Of a DNA stretch of 64,000 bases, positions 13,500 to 26,100 are shown one piece after another (position 1 is the stretch's first letter; each line of letters opens with the position of its first letter). The notes beneath the pieces are model-generated. The model made no database searches and was not told the origin of the DNA. It saw only the letters and a list, made by a program, of their open reading frames with translations. The DNA comes from Epiperipatus broadwayi (lineage: Eukaryota > Animalia > Onychophora), in contig JAQFVV010000005.1 in NCBI GenBank assembly GCA_028023455.1, positions 22,506,001 to 22,570,000 on the forward strand, written 5' to 3'. The translations under genes were made by a program, and so were the position numbers.

Positions 13500-16400
13500 A
13501 AAAATCTAACCCAAGCTAATTTGTTTCTTCATTTATACAGATCTTCTATTAGATTAATAACCAAAATATTTCAGTACACCTGGATTATTGCTGTCTTTGG
13601 TTTGGCAGTCCTCAATTTTTTCTTGATATACTTGTTTCTGTGTGATTCAATCTCAGTTGCTTTAGGTGACAATGATGTTGATACCCATCTGCTGTTTGTA
13701 CTATTACAGTGTAGAGTCCTTTAAGTTGTGTAACCACTGCTGGTATTCATTTTACATATCCATAGTAAATTCTACATAGTACTTGAATTCCTATTTGTAC
13801 TTTTATTTTGCTATTTTCTTTTTCTACATATTTGGAGTCAGGTTTCAAGGATGACAAGTTAGTTCACAAAGGTCCATTGAGTAGCAGTTCTGCTAAAATC
13901 TTTCCTGTTGCTGTACTTGGTGTGGAGTTTTGTGCTAGTAGTGTTCTGGCAATCCTGGTGTTCCAGCTTCCTGTATCCATTTATGATATCAGATTTTTTG
14001 CTTCTTGAACTAGTCTCTCTGCCTGACCATTGCTTTCAGGATGGAATGGTAGGTTGTACACTAGCTCATTGCCAGTATTAGTGCAAAAGTTTTTGAAAGC
14101 ACTTGCTGTAAATGCTGTACCATTCTCTGTCACTAATGTTTTCAGTAGGCCATGTGTTGCAAATAGCCTCCTAAGAGCTTCCATTGTGGCTGTGGAGTGA
14201 AGGGATGGGACTTCCACTACCTCTATCCACTTGGAGTATGAATCAACTGCTATCAACAGCAGTTTGCCTTTCCATAGGCCTACATAGTTCACATGGAGTC
14301 TAGACCAGGGTCCTTCAGGTTTAGGCCACTGGGCTATTTTGTCTTTTGCTGGCATGTTTTGATTCGTTTTATACTGCCAACAGTGGTGTACTTTGACCTC
14401 AATATCAGAATTTAAGGTAGGACACCACACATATGATCTTGCTAGCATCTTCACTTGTACTATCCCCAGATGCCCTTATGTAAGAGACTGAGCACCTGGG
14501 AATGTCTAGCTGGAGGAATCACTGCTTTGGATCCCCAGATAATGCAACAATATTCAGTTGAGAAGTTTAGTCTACGTGTTCAGCAGGCTGAATGCAACTT
14601 ATCTGGTATTTTATTTGGTTAACCCTGTTGGATCCATTTTTGTATTTTTTGGAATCCATGGTCATTAGTAGTCCATACAGTGACTGTCTTACTGTTCAGT
14701 GAAATCCCAGAGCCCAAGTCAATCATGTTAATTGATTGACTTGATGTTGTTAGATTGTTTGCAGCCTCTGTAGGCAATCAGCTTAAAGCATCTACATGGG
14801 GAATATGTTTTTCTTTAATGTACTGTAGTGCAAAATTATAGCCTAACAAAAAATTGAACCACCACAGCATTCATGCAGAGGGATTTCTTTGTCAAATGGA
14901 AATATTCCCAAAAGGGATCTATGATCTGTTTGTAGGGTGAATGGTCTACCACATAGGTAGTTGCAAAATTTTTTGATGCCATTGATCAAAGCCAGGATCT
15001 TTCTATCAATTTGAGCATAATTTTTCTCAGCCCTTGAAAGGCACTTTGATGCAAAGGCAATAGGACTGTGTGTCCCATAATTATTTCTATGGGACAACAC
15101 TACCTCTGTTCCAACTGGTGATGCATAACATGTTAGTCCTAACACCTTTTCCAGATTGAAGTGTGCCAATACTGCTGTTTCTGATATTAATTTTTTTTAT
15201 CTTACTGAAAGCTTTATCATGCTTACTGACCCACTTCCAAGCTGCCTTTTTGTCCAGTAGCCTGTATACTGGTTCTGCAGCCTCGACGTTATGATATAAG
15301 ACCCTTCCTAATAATTGATGAGTCCTAAGAGGCATTGAAGTTTTTTCTTATTTTCAGATGTTTTGACTTTTTTTATTGCCATCACTTTCTTTTGTGTTAG
15401 ATAAATGCCTCTTGCAGTTTTTCTGTATCCCAGAAATTCAAGCTCATTGGCTTCAAATATGCACTTATTCAAGTTTATTTTAATGCCAGAGGCTTTGAAA
15501 TTGTGTAGGAGTTTCTTAGTAGTACTCCAGTGTTGTTCTAGTGTTTGTGCCACTAATAAGATATTATCAAAATATGGTAGTGTGCCCAGTATTCCAGCAG
15601 CCAGTTGATCCATGACTCTGGAATATGCTGGAATATGCTGGAGTGACTGACTCTGGCATATGCTGGGGTGACTGATATTTCAAAAGTCAACCAGTTCATT
15701 TTGAATAACCCTTTATGGGTTATTATTGATAATGCTCTTGCAGCCTGATCATCCACAGGTAGTGCAAGTATGATTGTTTTAGATCAATTTTAGTAAAAAT
15801 CATACCACCTGATAATGTGGATAGGATTTGTTTGACTGATGGAGGTGGGTAATTATATGGATCAAGAGCTTTGTTGATTATGCATTGATAATCCCCACAT
15901 ATACGCACATCACCATTTTTTTTTGATGATTGGTACTATTGGGTTGGCCCATTCTGAGTATGTTATGGGCTCTATTACCCCTTCTGTCTCCCACTTTTCA
16001 AGCTCTGCTTCTATTTTAGTTCACAAAGATAGTGGAAGTGATCTGCACTAATAACTAATAGGTTTTACCATGCTATTTAGTGGTAAATGGATTGGTTGTC
16101 CTAAGTACAGATCCATGTCTTTGTTGAAGACTTCTGAGTAATCATATTTTAATTTAGTTAATGTTCTAGCATGTGTGCAGCACAACTGTTCCCAAAAGCT
16201 ATAAAGTGTTATTACAAAATAGATAAATAAAAACAAACAAGCTGAGCACTTTCAAAGAATCTTGCCTTCATAATCATAGCTTGCTAATATGTTTAATGAT
16301 ATGCAAATATGCTAATTCCATTTCTTCGATAAAGCATAGCATGTGTCCTTCCTGTTGTTTATGGCATCTTTGTCTCGTGTGATGAAGAAGGCTTCTTTGA

Positions 16401-17940
16401 TTTTTCTTTTAATGTCATGTCTCTCTCTCTACATATGATTGTGGGATTATCTGGAATACATCTGTGGTGACTTGTGCTCTGGTGCTGAAAGAAAATTGAA
16501 TAGGTGGAAGGATCATTGAGAGCTCTATTGTATGAATATTTATGTTGTGCTAATCGCGTGGACAAAGATGCTCTGTTTTCCCCATAATATGTGCTGTGAC
16601 CTGGTTCATCTTTGTCATTGCAAAACATTGGTGACTGAACCAGTCATGTTCTTATAAGTTACTATGATTACCTGTTGCCACCACCAGTGGTTGGTGTATT
16701 GTCTTGTTAGGCATAGTAATTTTAACTAATGTTTGGACCATCAGTTTTATTTTATTGCTCTGATAGTCTTAGATTGACTTGCTGCTAGGATGCACCTTAT
16801 ATTCATTATTCTTGTTAATAATTGCCCAGGTCTTTTTTGAAACAATACACACTGCAGACCATGTCCAGCTGGCATATCATTAATTATAATACTGTGTTTA
16901 AATCATCGTTAATTATAATACTGTGTTTAAATCCAGACTAGTTATCTTTAATATGATTTATACAGGCAACTTGTTTATTTTTCTTATAATTTGCCTTTTT
17001 TACATTCTCATATCAGCCATCTGTCTTTTTAATTTCAAACATGTAGTTTTTATATGCCTGACCTGTGTGCAAAATGCATCTGTTGGGATAGCGGTGCAGG
17101 CATTCTGTATGTGTGTGCATTTATTCATTGCATCTATAGCATTGCATTAGACTATTTGATGCTGAATTACCTGAGCTGACTGAGTGTCTCACTGACCCAA
17201 TGTTTTGCTCGATTTTTTGCACATCATACTTAATAATTTTTTTAATAGGTTTGCTCAATTAGCTATTGATTCTGATAGTACTGCTTGGGCCATAGCTGTT
17301 TCAAATCTAAATCCAGCATTTTAAGTCTTAAATTATGATTGTTTATGCTGCAAATAAAACTATCATAAAGTGCTTCATTCAATAAATCTTTGAATTCACC
17401 CTTTAATGCCAATGATCAGATTCTTGTTGCAAACTCTCTGACTCCTCCCCCCTGTTCTTGCATGCAGAAGTGTGAAATAATATCTCTACATATTGTCAAG
17501 GGTATTGGGGAAAATTAATCTGTGAGAGTTGTTAATGTTTTGTCAAAATCTAGGTCAGCTAGTGTTTCTGTCATAGTTTGAGACTTGAGTATCTCGTAAG
17601 CTTGAGGATCTATTATGGTCATTAATGTGGCTAATTTTACCTCAGGTTTCTTAATTGATTAGCTTGTAGCTAAAATATCAACCACTCTTTATAGCTTGTC
17701 CATCCTTCAGGTGTGTTGGGTCAAAGGCTTCCGTAGAGCCAGTCAAATTTGCCATTGATTTATTTCCCTCTTAAGTTACCATTTGTTTGTTACTTTTACA
17801 ACTATAGTTTGTAGCTGTTCAAAAATTGGTAATGAAAAAGCTAACAATCCACCAGGGCAATTTTGCTGCTTTGATAATGAAAAAGCTAACAACCCACTAG
17901 GGCAACTTCTGCAGCTTTGTTACCAATAAAACTCTTGTAG
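13500..17940 (-). mobile_element. Decayed Gypsy (Mag-like) LTR retrotransposon internal region: gag, PR, RT, RNase H, integrase
   Basis: gag ATG at 17755 (MANLTGSTEAFDP..), two CCHC knuckles near 17050-17150, protease QLD(T)G.AV near 16860, RT WATPIVPIIKK/RICGDY/YFDNILL, RNase H YASPVG..TDHRSL, integrase WSRLHVNY..VDSYSKW..PFHPESNGQAER. Many stops and frameshifts. Confidence 0.93.
16205..16630 (-). mobile_element. Penelope-like element 3' fragment (GIY-YIG endonuclease + degenerate HHR) nested in the Gypsy element
   Basis: YYGENRASLSTRLAQHK...H.....NPTIICRE, then after a frameshift RKIKEAFFI..DKDAINNR....LSKKWN*. Downstream atgaaggcaagattctttgaaagtgctcag resembles a decayed HHR. Confidence 0.75.
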
Positions 17941-17948
17941 TTGGTTTG

Positions 17949-18062
17949 AACTTTTAATTGACATGCCTATATGTTTGCGATCAATAAACTTTTAATTGAC
18001 ACGCCTATATGTTTGCAATCAATAAACTTTTAATTGACACGCCTATATGTTTGCGATCAATA
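17949..18062. repeat. 38-bp tandem repeat x3 in a Gypsy 5'/LTR-like region
   Basis: aacttttaattgaca(t/c)gcctatatgtttgc(g/a)atcaata x3. Confidence 0.95.
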
Positions 18063-18211
18063 TTTCATACAAACAGATCTAAGTGATTTTAATAATCACT
18101 GTACTGTAAATGTGGCAAATGTCTTTAGCCACAGTCACATAATATTTTATACATTTTTCCAGTCAATGGGGAAATCTGTGTCAAATCTCTTGTGTTTGGC
18201 TAAATTGCAGG

Positions 18212-18857
18212 TGTCAGACCCAAACCAAGAGTAATATCAAAAAAATATGAACACTCACAAAGTTAATATGTATAATTTATTAGAACAAATAATAAATACA
18301 ATTTTACGTATAACTTAGTCAATAATGAGCTGGTCACGCCCGAATGACTGAACTCACTTTCAGCTGTATATCTTATCTTGCCTCATGAGTTCTAGTCAAG
18401 ACTCTTCCAGCTGTACTGGACAGTTTGCCTCAAGTCAGCCACAACTGTAGCAGCTTCCAGTCCTATCGTGGACTTGCCTCACTGCACAGACGTATCGGTA
18501 ATTACTATAGTAGAAACACCACAGTTGAAAGTGGTTTCAATTGAGAGCACATTCAGTCATTCAGGTTAGTCAGACATTCTCTTTCCCTTGTCTCCAAAAA
18601 AGCTGACTATTGACTGCCATATCTCCTAACTTACTGGTAGCAAATCGGATTCATTACTTATTGACCTGTACTAACCAATGGTAGGATTTTATACACATGT
18701 TTACACATTGGCCATACTTATGTTTTACACTTTGTCTATGTTTACACAATGGTTATCCACATGTTTACACATTGGTTAGTGGCAGGGAGTGCTCAATCCG
18801 ATTAGATAAGGAAGGAATCTGGATTAATCCATTTCTGAAGCAATGCCAGATATGACA
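18212..18857 (-). mobile_element. LTR-like segment upstream of the Gypsy gag
   Basis: tgtca...tgaca termini, minus-strand AATAAA, GC-richer than surroundings; no TSD or PBS confirmed. Confidence 0.35.
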
Positions 18858-20239
18858 CTTATAACAGATAGCTTTGGAGTGAATGGACTGAAGATCTGCT
18901 GTGAAAAGTGAGAACCTTAATTTTTTGACAATGATGGTGCCAACATCTAAAATAGTTGTTTGAATTAGTATGATTTCACTATGCCTGCATTAATTTACTT
19001 TGATTGTTTTCTTACCATTAACAGCTTCCTCACCCAGCTTGTCAAAGCGCTTGTATATACTATTGGTCTTTTTGCAAGAGATGTGGAAAAATTATTTAAG
19101 GGATTTAAATATTAATTGCATGTCTTGCCATAAGTAATGGGAGAAACTACTAAATTCATTTCATATGTCTAAATATACTGATTATTACCAAATGCATAAC
19201 AAATGGTGAACTGTAAAAGTATCGGAAACTCTTATGATTAATTAGTTTTTATTCACTTTAAAAGAAATGTTTGTCACACAATTAGTTAAAAGTCTCATAT
19301 TATGAGTTACTTGGTTTGATTTAATATTGTTTGGACAGATTTCTATTCGCTAGGTGGCACTACAATCAATGATTTCAGATATTTCTGGTTATTGATTTAA
19401 ACATCAGTTATAAACTACTGCCTTTTGCCTATTAGTATTGTATATAATCAACAGAGTACAAATTTTCATAGAGTTTCTCAATTAAAGAATGAATACAAAT
19501 ATCTTATATCTGTGAAAATATTTAGCTAAAAATCTAAAATTATAGACGTATGTTAAAATGAAGATTTTTGTGGTTAAAAGGTAAACACAGTTTTAGATTT
19601 AGGTGTGTGTACTTGCCTGTTGCTATTATTATAACTTTGACATCTAGACTGAGTCTCATCTGATTCTGTCTGGATATTGTGAGCAACTGAGTAGCCATTG
19701 TTAGAACTAGTAATAAGAAAAAATGCATTGCAACCCACAAGTCATATGATTTTATTGTCTGTGTGGGTGAATTATAACGATTGGGGAAGTCAAGAGGCTT
19801 ACCGTATCTGCCATACAGGGTGCCACCAAGCCATTTGAACCTGGAATAATTTATATAAAAGGCAGATACATATGTTAGTATGATCTAACTTTATTTTATT
19901 ATAATTATATATGACCGTTAGCCCATGCCACTAGTTCTAGGAGCAACTGAGATATAAAGAAAAAGATTCTTAAAATATATTTTTAATATCAAAAATAAAT
20001 AAAATAAGCCACTACCAGTAATCATACACAAGAAACATTTATTGATGCACATATATGTATATTTAAAATTGAGGAACCTTGTTTAGACTTTAAATTTAAA
20101 TTATTATTTTATACTTTAGTTATAAGTCCACACAAATAGGTAGCTGATAGAAGTTTGTTTTAGAATGTTGAGTATAGATAAGCTACATAGATTACTCAGT
20201 TAAAAGCTTTTCAAAAACAATCATTCAATCTCAGACTAA

Positions 20240-20620
20240 AAGTTCATAGCCAAACCAACACTTGCTTCCTGATATATGGATGCAACCAATGCAATATGAT
20301 GATGCTAGCATAAAACCACACTGACAGGATTGTGGGTCTGCAGCATGGTATTATTTAAAGAGAAATGATCCTCACCCAGAACAGAAATGTGCATCTGTCT
20401 GGTGAAGGAAATCATTTGGAAAATATATATTGAAAATTCTCTGTAATGGTGAATTGCGGTCTTGGCCATCTTATTATTAACACCCAGAGTGAAAAGTAAA
20501 ACAATGGTGTTGGAAAATATGTCCACATCCATTGTAATGCATTGACTACACCTTTGGGTCATACATTCATATGGGCTTTTTCCCTGTATGCTAAACATGC
20601 TTCACATTATGTTGATATAA
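20240..20620 (-). pseudogene. Degenerate C2H2 zinc-finger array fragment
   Basis: Minus strand cat aca ggg aaa agc cca tat gaa tgt resembles the HTGEKPYEC linker, with further decayed C..C/H..H spacing; frameshifted. Confidence 0.4.
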
Positions 20621-22270
20621 ACACCCATATATCCCTCCACCGGCATCGACCCAACTATAAAACAAATATCCTAAAATTAAACTCCTATAAAATAAACAAA
20701 AACGAATTTAAATATAAAGTTATAAATTGCAAATTGCTAAGGGAAATTTACAATAAAGTAAACCCAATGACACTCATCTTAAGGTATCACATTAACAACA
20801 ACAACTTAAGAGATATACCAGTAAATACGTTTAGACACTCAGCATGAGGTGTCATATTTACCAATATATATATATCATACACATGAAAATCTCAAGAAAT
20901 AACTAACATAAACTTTAATGAATCTATGTAGCCATCTACACCCAACTTAAATTTGATACATTTTAAAAAATTTAGTTAATAACTACAAAATAAAAAAAAT
21001 TAAAAATGGAAATGATTAGCAAACTTAATTAATTTAGAAATCTTTAAGTCAGATAAGAGTTCATATTTTATATCACCAATTGAAAGTTGTTAAAGTTCAT
21101 ATTGAATAAACGAAAGAATTCATACTTTCCATGAGATGTCCAAAGTCTGTCTTGTCCATGATGCATCGCACTCATCCAACCGAAGCCCATTTAATATTTC
21201 TGGGAAGACCGGTCCACTGTTTGCTGCCATTCAGTACTCATTAGCTTGGAGGCTGCCTCAGCTGGTTTATCACAGGAAATTAAATCTATTGTGGACTCCT
21301 GCATCATGGAGTCTGCAATACAGATACAGTTCATATGTAGATTAATAGTCAGATTATTCTTTTCTTTTAACAACTGCTACTATTTTGCCTTTTATACTTT
21401 TTATAGCCACTTAGCAAAAATCCAACGGATCGATCTAACATGATGTCACTGATCCTAATGTCCGGACATCTTCCATTTTGGTCTGTGCGCTTGTTACTGC
21501 TTCAGAGCAGGAAGCAATCTTTAATTTTTTTATCTACATCTCCTATCTGACATTTTAATTATTTATGTGCCCCAAGGGCTAGTTTGATTTAAAACATTCA
21601 TTTCCATTTACTAAGATTAAACATGATAGAAATTAACATTTCTTTCTATTTTCAAAAATATCAATCTTTATCTTTAGATCTTTAAATACTTTTTTTTTCT
21701 TAAAATAGTTTTTTAAAGTTTTCCATCTGTGCAATCTATATATGTTAAACACAACTTTTAATTCTCGGTTTTTATGTTTTTTTAATAAATCAATTTTTAT
21801 TTACGATTTTGTTTTAATTTTAATTTTAAAATAATGTAACGGCATATGTATATATATATAAATTCATAACCACAACCTTCATACTTAAATAAACCAATAG
21901 CAGAAATCTATTATTAAGGCAACATTACAGTTTGAGAGTAAATGATTATATATATATAAACAGATTTTTCTGAAGATTTTAGCTTGATTGTAAACAAGGA
22001 GTTAAAGATGCTTATCAAATACATAACTGCTTTCAATAAAAAAAAGTCAGAAACCAGTGTGAAAATGGGGATTTAAATATACTACTGTCTATGCTAGAAT
22101 AGAGAGCTGTTCTTGTTTATGTCATATACACATATGTCTTATTATAATTTATTTTTGGAACAGAGTTCAGAATATTATATTTTTATAGAATATTTTTGAA
22201 GTAAAATGCATTTTAATTTTTAAAAAAATAAAAACAAAGCAAAACATTTTTAATTTTTGTATTATCATAG

Positions 22271-22411
22271 CAACAGATCAGACCACCGCCTGTGATGATA
22301 CAGATGAAAAGGAGTGTGGTCCTAACTCTGTCTGCAGAATTGTAGCTGATTCTTTAAAATGTGAATGTCTTCCTAATTTTATTGGCAATCCCCCTCAAGA
22401 ACTTTGTCATG
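22271..22411 (+). CDS. EGF-like exon C: TDQTTACDDTDEKECGPNSVCRIVADSLKCECLPNFIGNPPQELCH
   Basis: atcatag acceptor (in-frame alternative caacag 6 nt downstream), gtaatg donor at 22412, 141 bp, 6 Cys. Confidence 0.9.
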
Positions 22412-22771
22412 GTAATGTTTCATTTAAAATTATTTCTGGTAACATTATTTTTATAAATTAATGCCTAACAATAATGTACTTTTTTTTTAATATTATCTAC
22501 TTAAAATTTGTGCACCTTTTTTTAGTAAATATTTAAACGGTTCTAATGTTTTGAACTTATGACATCATGAAACTGGGTTTGACATATATGAAATAAGTGA
22601 CATGCATTTTTGTGACAAAAATGGAGAAGAAAAAGGTCCTATATTTCATAAAAGTGTCCAGCATGTTTCCTTATAATATAAAAAAGCAGTTTAATGAACC
22701 TGTATATGATTTTTTTGTTATAAAATTTTATATATACCTTTTGTTTTTTTTTTTTGTTTTTTTTTTGCTAG

Positions 22772-22894
22772 AAGTACCACCATCTCCATGCCGGAACAAA
22801 AAATGTGGAAAATTTGCAGAATGTATTATAAGAAATGGGAATGCAATGTGTGTGTGCCCTCCAGGGATGCGTGGAAACCCAGAGAAAGACTGTT
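22772..22894 (+). CDS. EGF-like exon D: VPPSPCRNKKCGKFAECIIRNGNAMCVCPPGMRGNPEKDC
   Basis: poly-T tract + gctag acceptor, gtaagt donor at 22895, 123 bp, 6 Cys. Confidence 0.93.
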
Positions 22895-23176
22895 GTAAGT
22901 TTTTTTATAAAAAAATTTTAAACTAGTGATTTTTTTCTTCAGTTTTATTCATTAATGTAATATTTTCATGCATTCAGTATTAAAATTAATTTAAATAGGC
23001 AGATGAAAAATTATTGCTTTTTTTAGTAACTAAGAGTTCTCTACTACTGAATATAATTATATCGTTTATAATAAGACATAAAATAAAAATTTGTGGTACT
23101 TAGAATTTTAATATGATCTTCAAATATTTATCAATACTTTGTAATTAATAAAGATGCTTTAATCATTTTTGTTAAC

Positions 23177-26100
23177 TGGAATGTCTGTACATATATTATA
23201 TAGATTGATTGTAAATAAAAGAACATAACAGAATGAATATAATATCATTACTTCCAAAACAAGGAGAATGGCTTCATTTTGTAATAATAAAAGAGGATTT
23301 TGCATGAAGATTGCTATTTTATGGAAAAATTATATAGAGCATGTCGAATCTACCTGCTCATAAAAAAAGAGATGGGGAATGATTGAAAGTATCTACACAC
23401 TTATAGTTTGCAGGACAGGATCATTGTACAATTATCAAATATATTGTGTGACTTTAAAATATCTAAAAAAAATTATATTTCATAAATTTACAGAAAACTA
23501 AAACGATTTTTAACTCTGAAATAACATAATGGGTAGCATTATTGAGGCTAAGAAAGTGAAAACAATTAACCTCATGAAAAATATGTAGATTATGACTTAG
23601 CATTGAGAAATTTGGCAAAAGATTGTGTTTGCCTTAAAAATTAATGATATAATGGTAGGTCATCTTCTGTATGGCATGTTGGATTCAAATTTTAGAAAAC
23701 TTTTGTTGAACGAACTCAACCTCAACTATAAACAACATGCTATAGAGAAATGTGTTGTACAAGAAACCATACTTGACAACATTTGGAATTTTATTATCTT
23801 GACAGCTGGATAAAATCCATCTTTCAGCACAGAAAACAAATACATCAGACACCAGAAGAGTAAAATATGTAACATATTATTGTTGTGGTAAAAACTGAAA
23901 ACATAAAAGTAAAACGTGCATTATTTGTAAGAAAAGAGGACATTTAGTATGTGTGAAAATTAAGCAAACACTGGACTATAATTCATGGGAGGTAATGTGA
24001 AGAAGTTTAATGACACAAACAATGAACACATACTGCTTGACATGAACATCTGTGATCAAAAAATTAATCCTGGAGATGAATAGGGGTACAGGCCCATCAT
24101 TTATGTTATGTAAAGATTGGTTGAAAATCATTGGGGAGTATTGTAAGAAAATAATACTTGCAAAAATGGATATTACCACAATAGATGTAAGCAACAATAA
24201 AATAGATATGTGTGGAAGAGTAACAGCATCTGTAAAAATGACTTGGAGGATCAAATTTCTTCCATTGTATATCGTTAACAAAGATTTTAGACCATTACTT
24301 GAATGGAACCAGTTTTGCTCTTTAGGAATCTGTATAAATATCATAAAGAGAGTTCAATTGAAAACTATAGTGTGGAAGAAATACCTGATTGTTTAAGTCT
24401 GAATTAGGTGAGTTAAAAACATGCCCGGTTAATGTTGAATTGATAAAGGAAGCACAACCCATTTATCTGTAAATCATGTAAAGTTCCATTTGCCCTGAAA
24501 AAGAAAATAAAAAAACAAATCAATGAAATGATACAAAAGGGAATAACTAACACTAATAGAAAATTCATTCTGGACTATGCCTGTAATTATTATTATGAAA
24601 CTAAATGGAAGTCTTAGACTAATATATATACAAAACGAACCACATGCAAACTTCCTTATAAATGTTGATTTGTTATATGAACTATTATAAAGTACCAAAA
24701 AAATACTCCAATATTTCTACTATATTCTTTTATAGTCTTTATCAAAAACAATTAAAAAATACTAAGTTTTCATTAAATAAATTTATTAATGAAGGTGCCT
24801 ATCCATTTCCTAGCATATGGGAGTATTGACTTCATTGCAAAAAGCTTCATACTTCACAAAAATAGACCTCAAAGCTGCATTCCATCAAATCCCATGCCAG
24901 AAATAATGGAATTATTATCATTGGCCACAAGTGTGAGACTTACTTTATAAGTATAATAAATTGTCATATGGGATTACAGTAATACCAAACGTTTTCCAGG
25001 TAAAAAGGAATAATCTTTTTTTATGGCATGAATGGCATTTTCCAAGCAGAAATGGATAATCTTTTTCATGGCATGGATGACATTATTCTATACTTAGATG
25101 CTATTTTGGTCATTGCGAAATTGGAGCTAGAATTAGAAAGATAAGTAAATGCAGTTTGTTCAAAATTGGAAAAAGTAAGAGCCAAGATAAATACATCAAA
25201 GGGTATCTGGTCTACAAATGAGATAAAGTTTCTTGGACACATTAGGCCATAAAAAATTCTGCAAAACCAAGAAATATAAAGAAGTTATAAACATTTTAAG
25301 GACTGTTAATCTTTTACGAGAGTTTCTTTAAAGGAAAGTCCCCTTTGCTATCATAATTGGTAAATTGTTAAAAAAGAAGCAATATTGGAAATGGTCTAAG
25401 AAGCAAGATTTAGCTTTCTGAATAGCCAAGAATTTCTTAATTTTAAATAAACTCCCAATCCACTACCATAGCCATCTAGATTTTATTATTACTATGGATG
25501 CATCAGAATATGGTATTGGAACCATAATTTTTCATCTGTGCTAAGGAAGTGAATGGCCTATAGCTTAATTCTCAATAATATTTTGGCAATTGGAAAAAAC
25601 TATAGCCAGATCAATAAAAAAGAGTTGTTATTTTTATCCTAAAGAAATTTTGATCAGTTTATTTATGGATGGAAATTTCAAATCTGAACAGATCACTAAA
25701 TGTTTCAGGAAATATTTGGTACTGGAAAAAAAAACACATATTGGTACTGGAAAAAAAAACATATATGTCAATGCATGCTGTACTGACTAAATATATTATC
25801 AGGATATGATTATGAATTAGTATATAAACCAGGAAAGCTGATTGGACAGTGCTGATGCTTTATTAAGTCTACAGAATGCTAAAAAAAGACAATATAGTGT
25901 TAGCAAGATAAAGTATATAGACACTATGAACTCTATTTTACTATAATAGTTAAATAATCGTTATATCCTCTTACTGAAATTGATAAAATATAGCTGTCCA
26001 GAATGATATTTAAGTTATAAAGGCCATTTGGAATTGCTGTGTTTAGCTGTCAATTGCAATGACCGCTAGTAGCAAGTTCTGGAATGAGACTACTGCCTGC

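Noticed and set aside
13981-15908. Integrase, RNase H and RT ORFs as functional or domesticated genes
   Set aside because: Fragmented by many stops and frameshifts, with substitutions in catalytic motifs (YFDN, TENG)
17949-18062. Short regular repeats (also 4311-4421, 3312-3423) as CRISPR-like arrays
   Set aside because: Head-to-tail with no unique spacers, eukaryotic context, no cas genes
22597-22926. ORF-track ORFs containing EGF motifs (also 31852, 33468, 40730, 45533, 48351, 49691) as standalone genes
   Set aside because: They are intron read-through around single exons; only the AG/GT-bounded part is Cys-patterned
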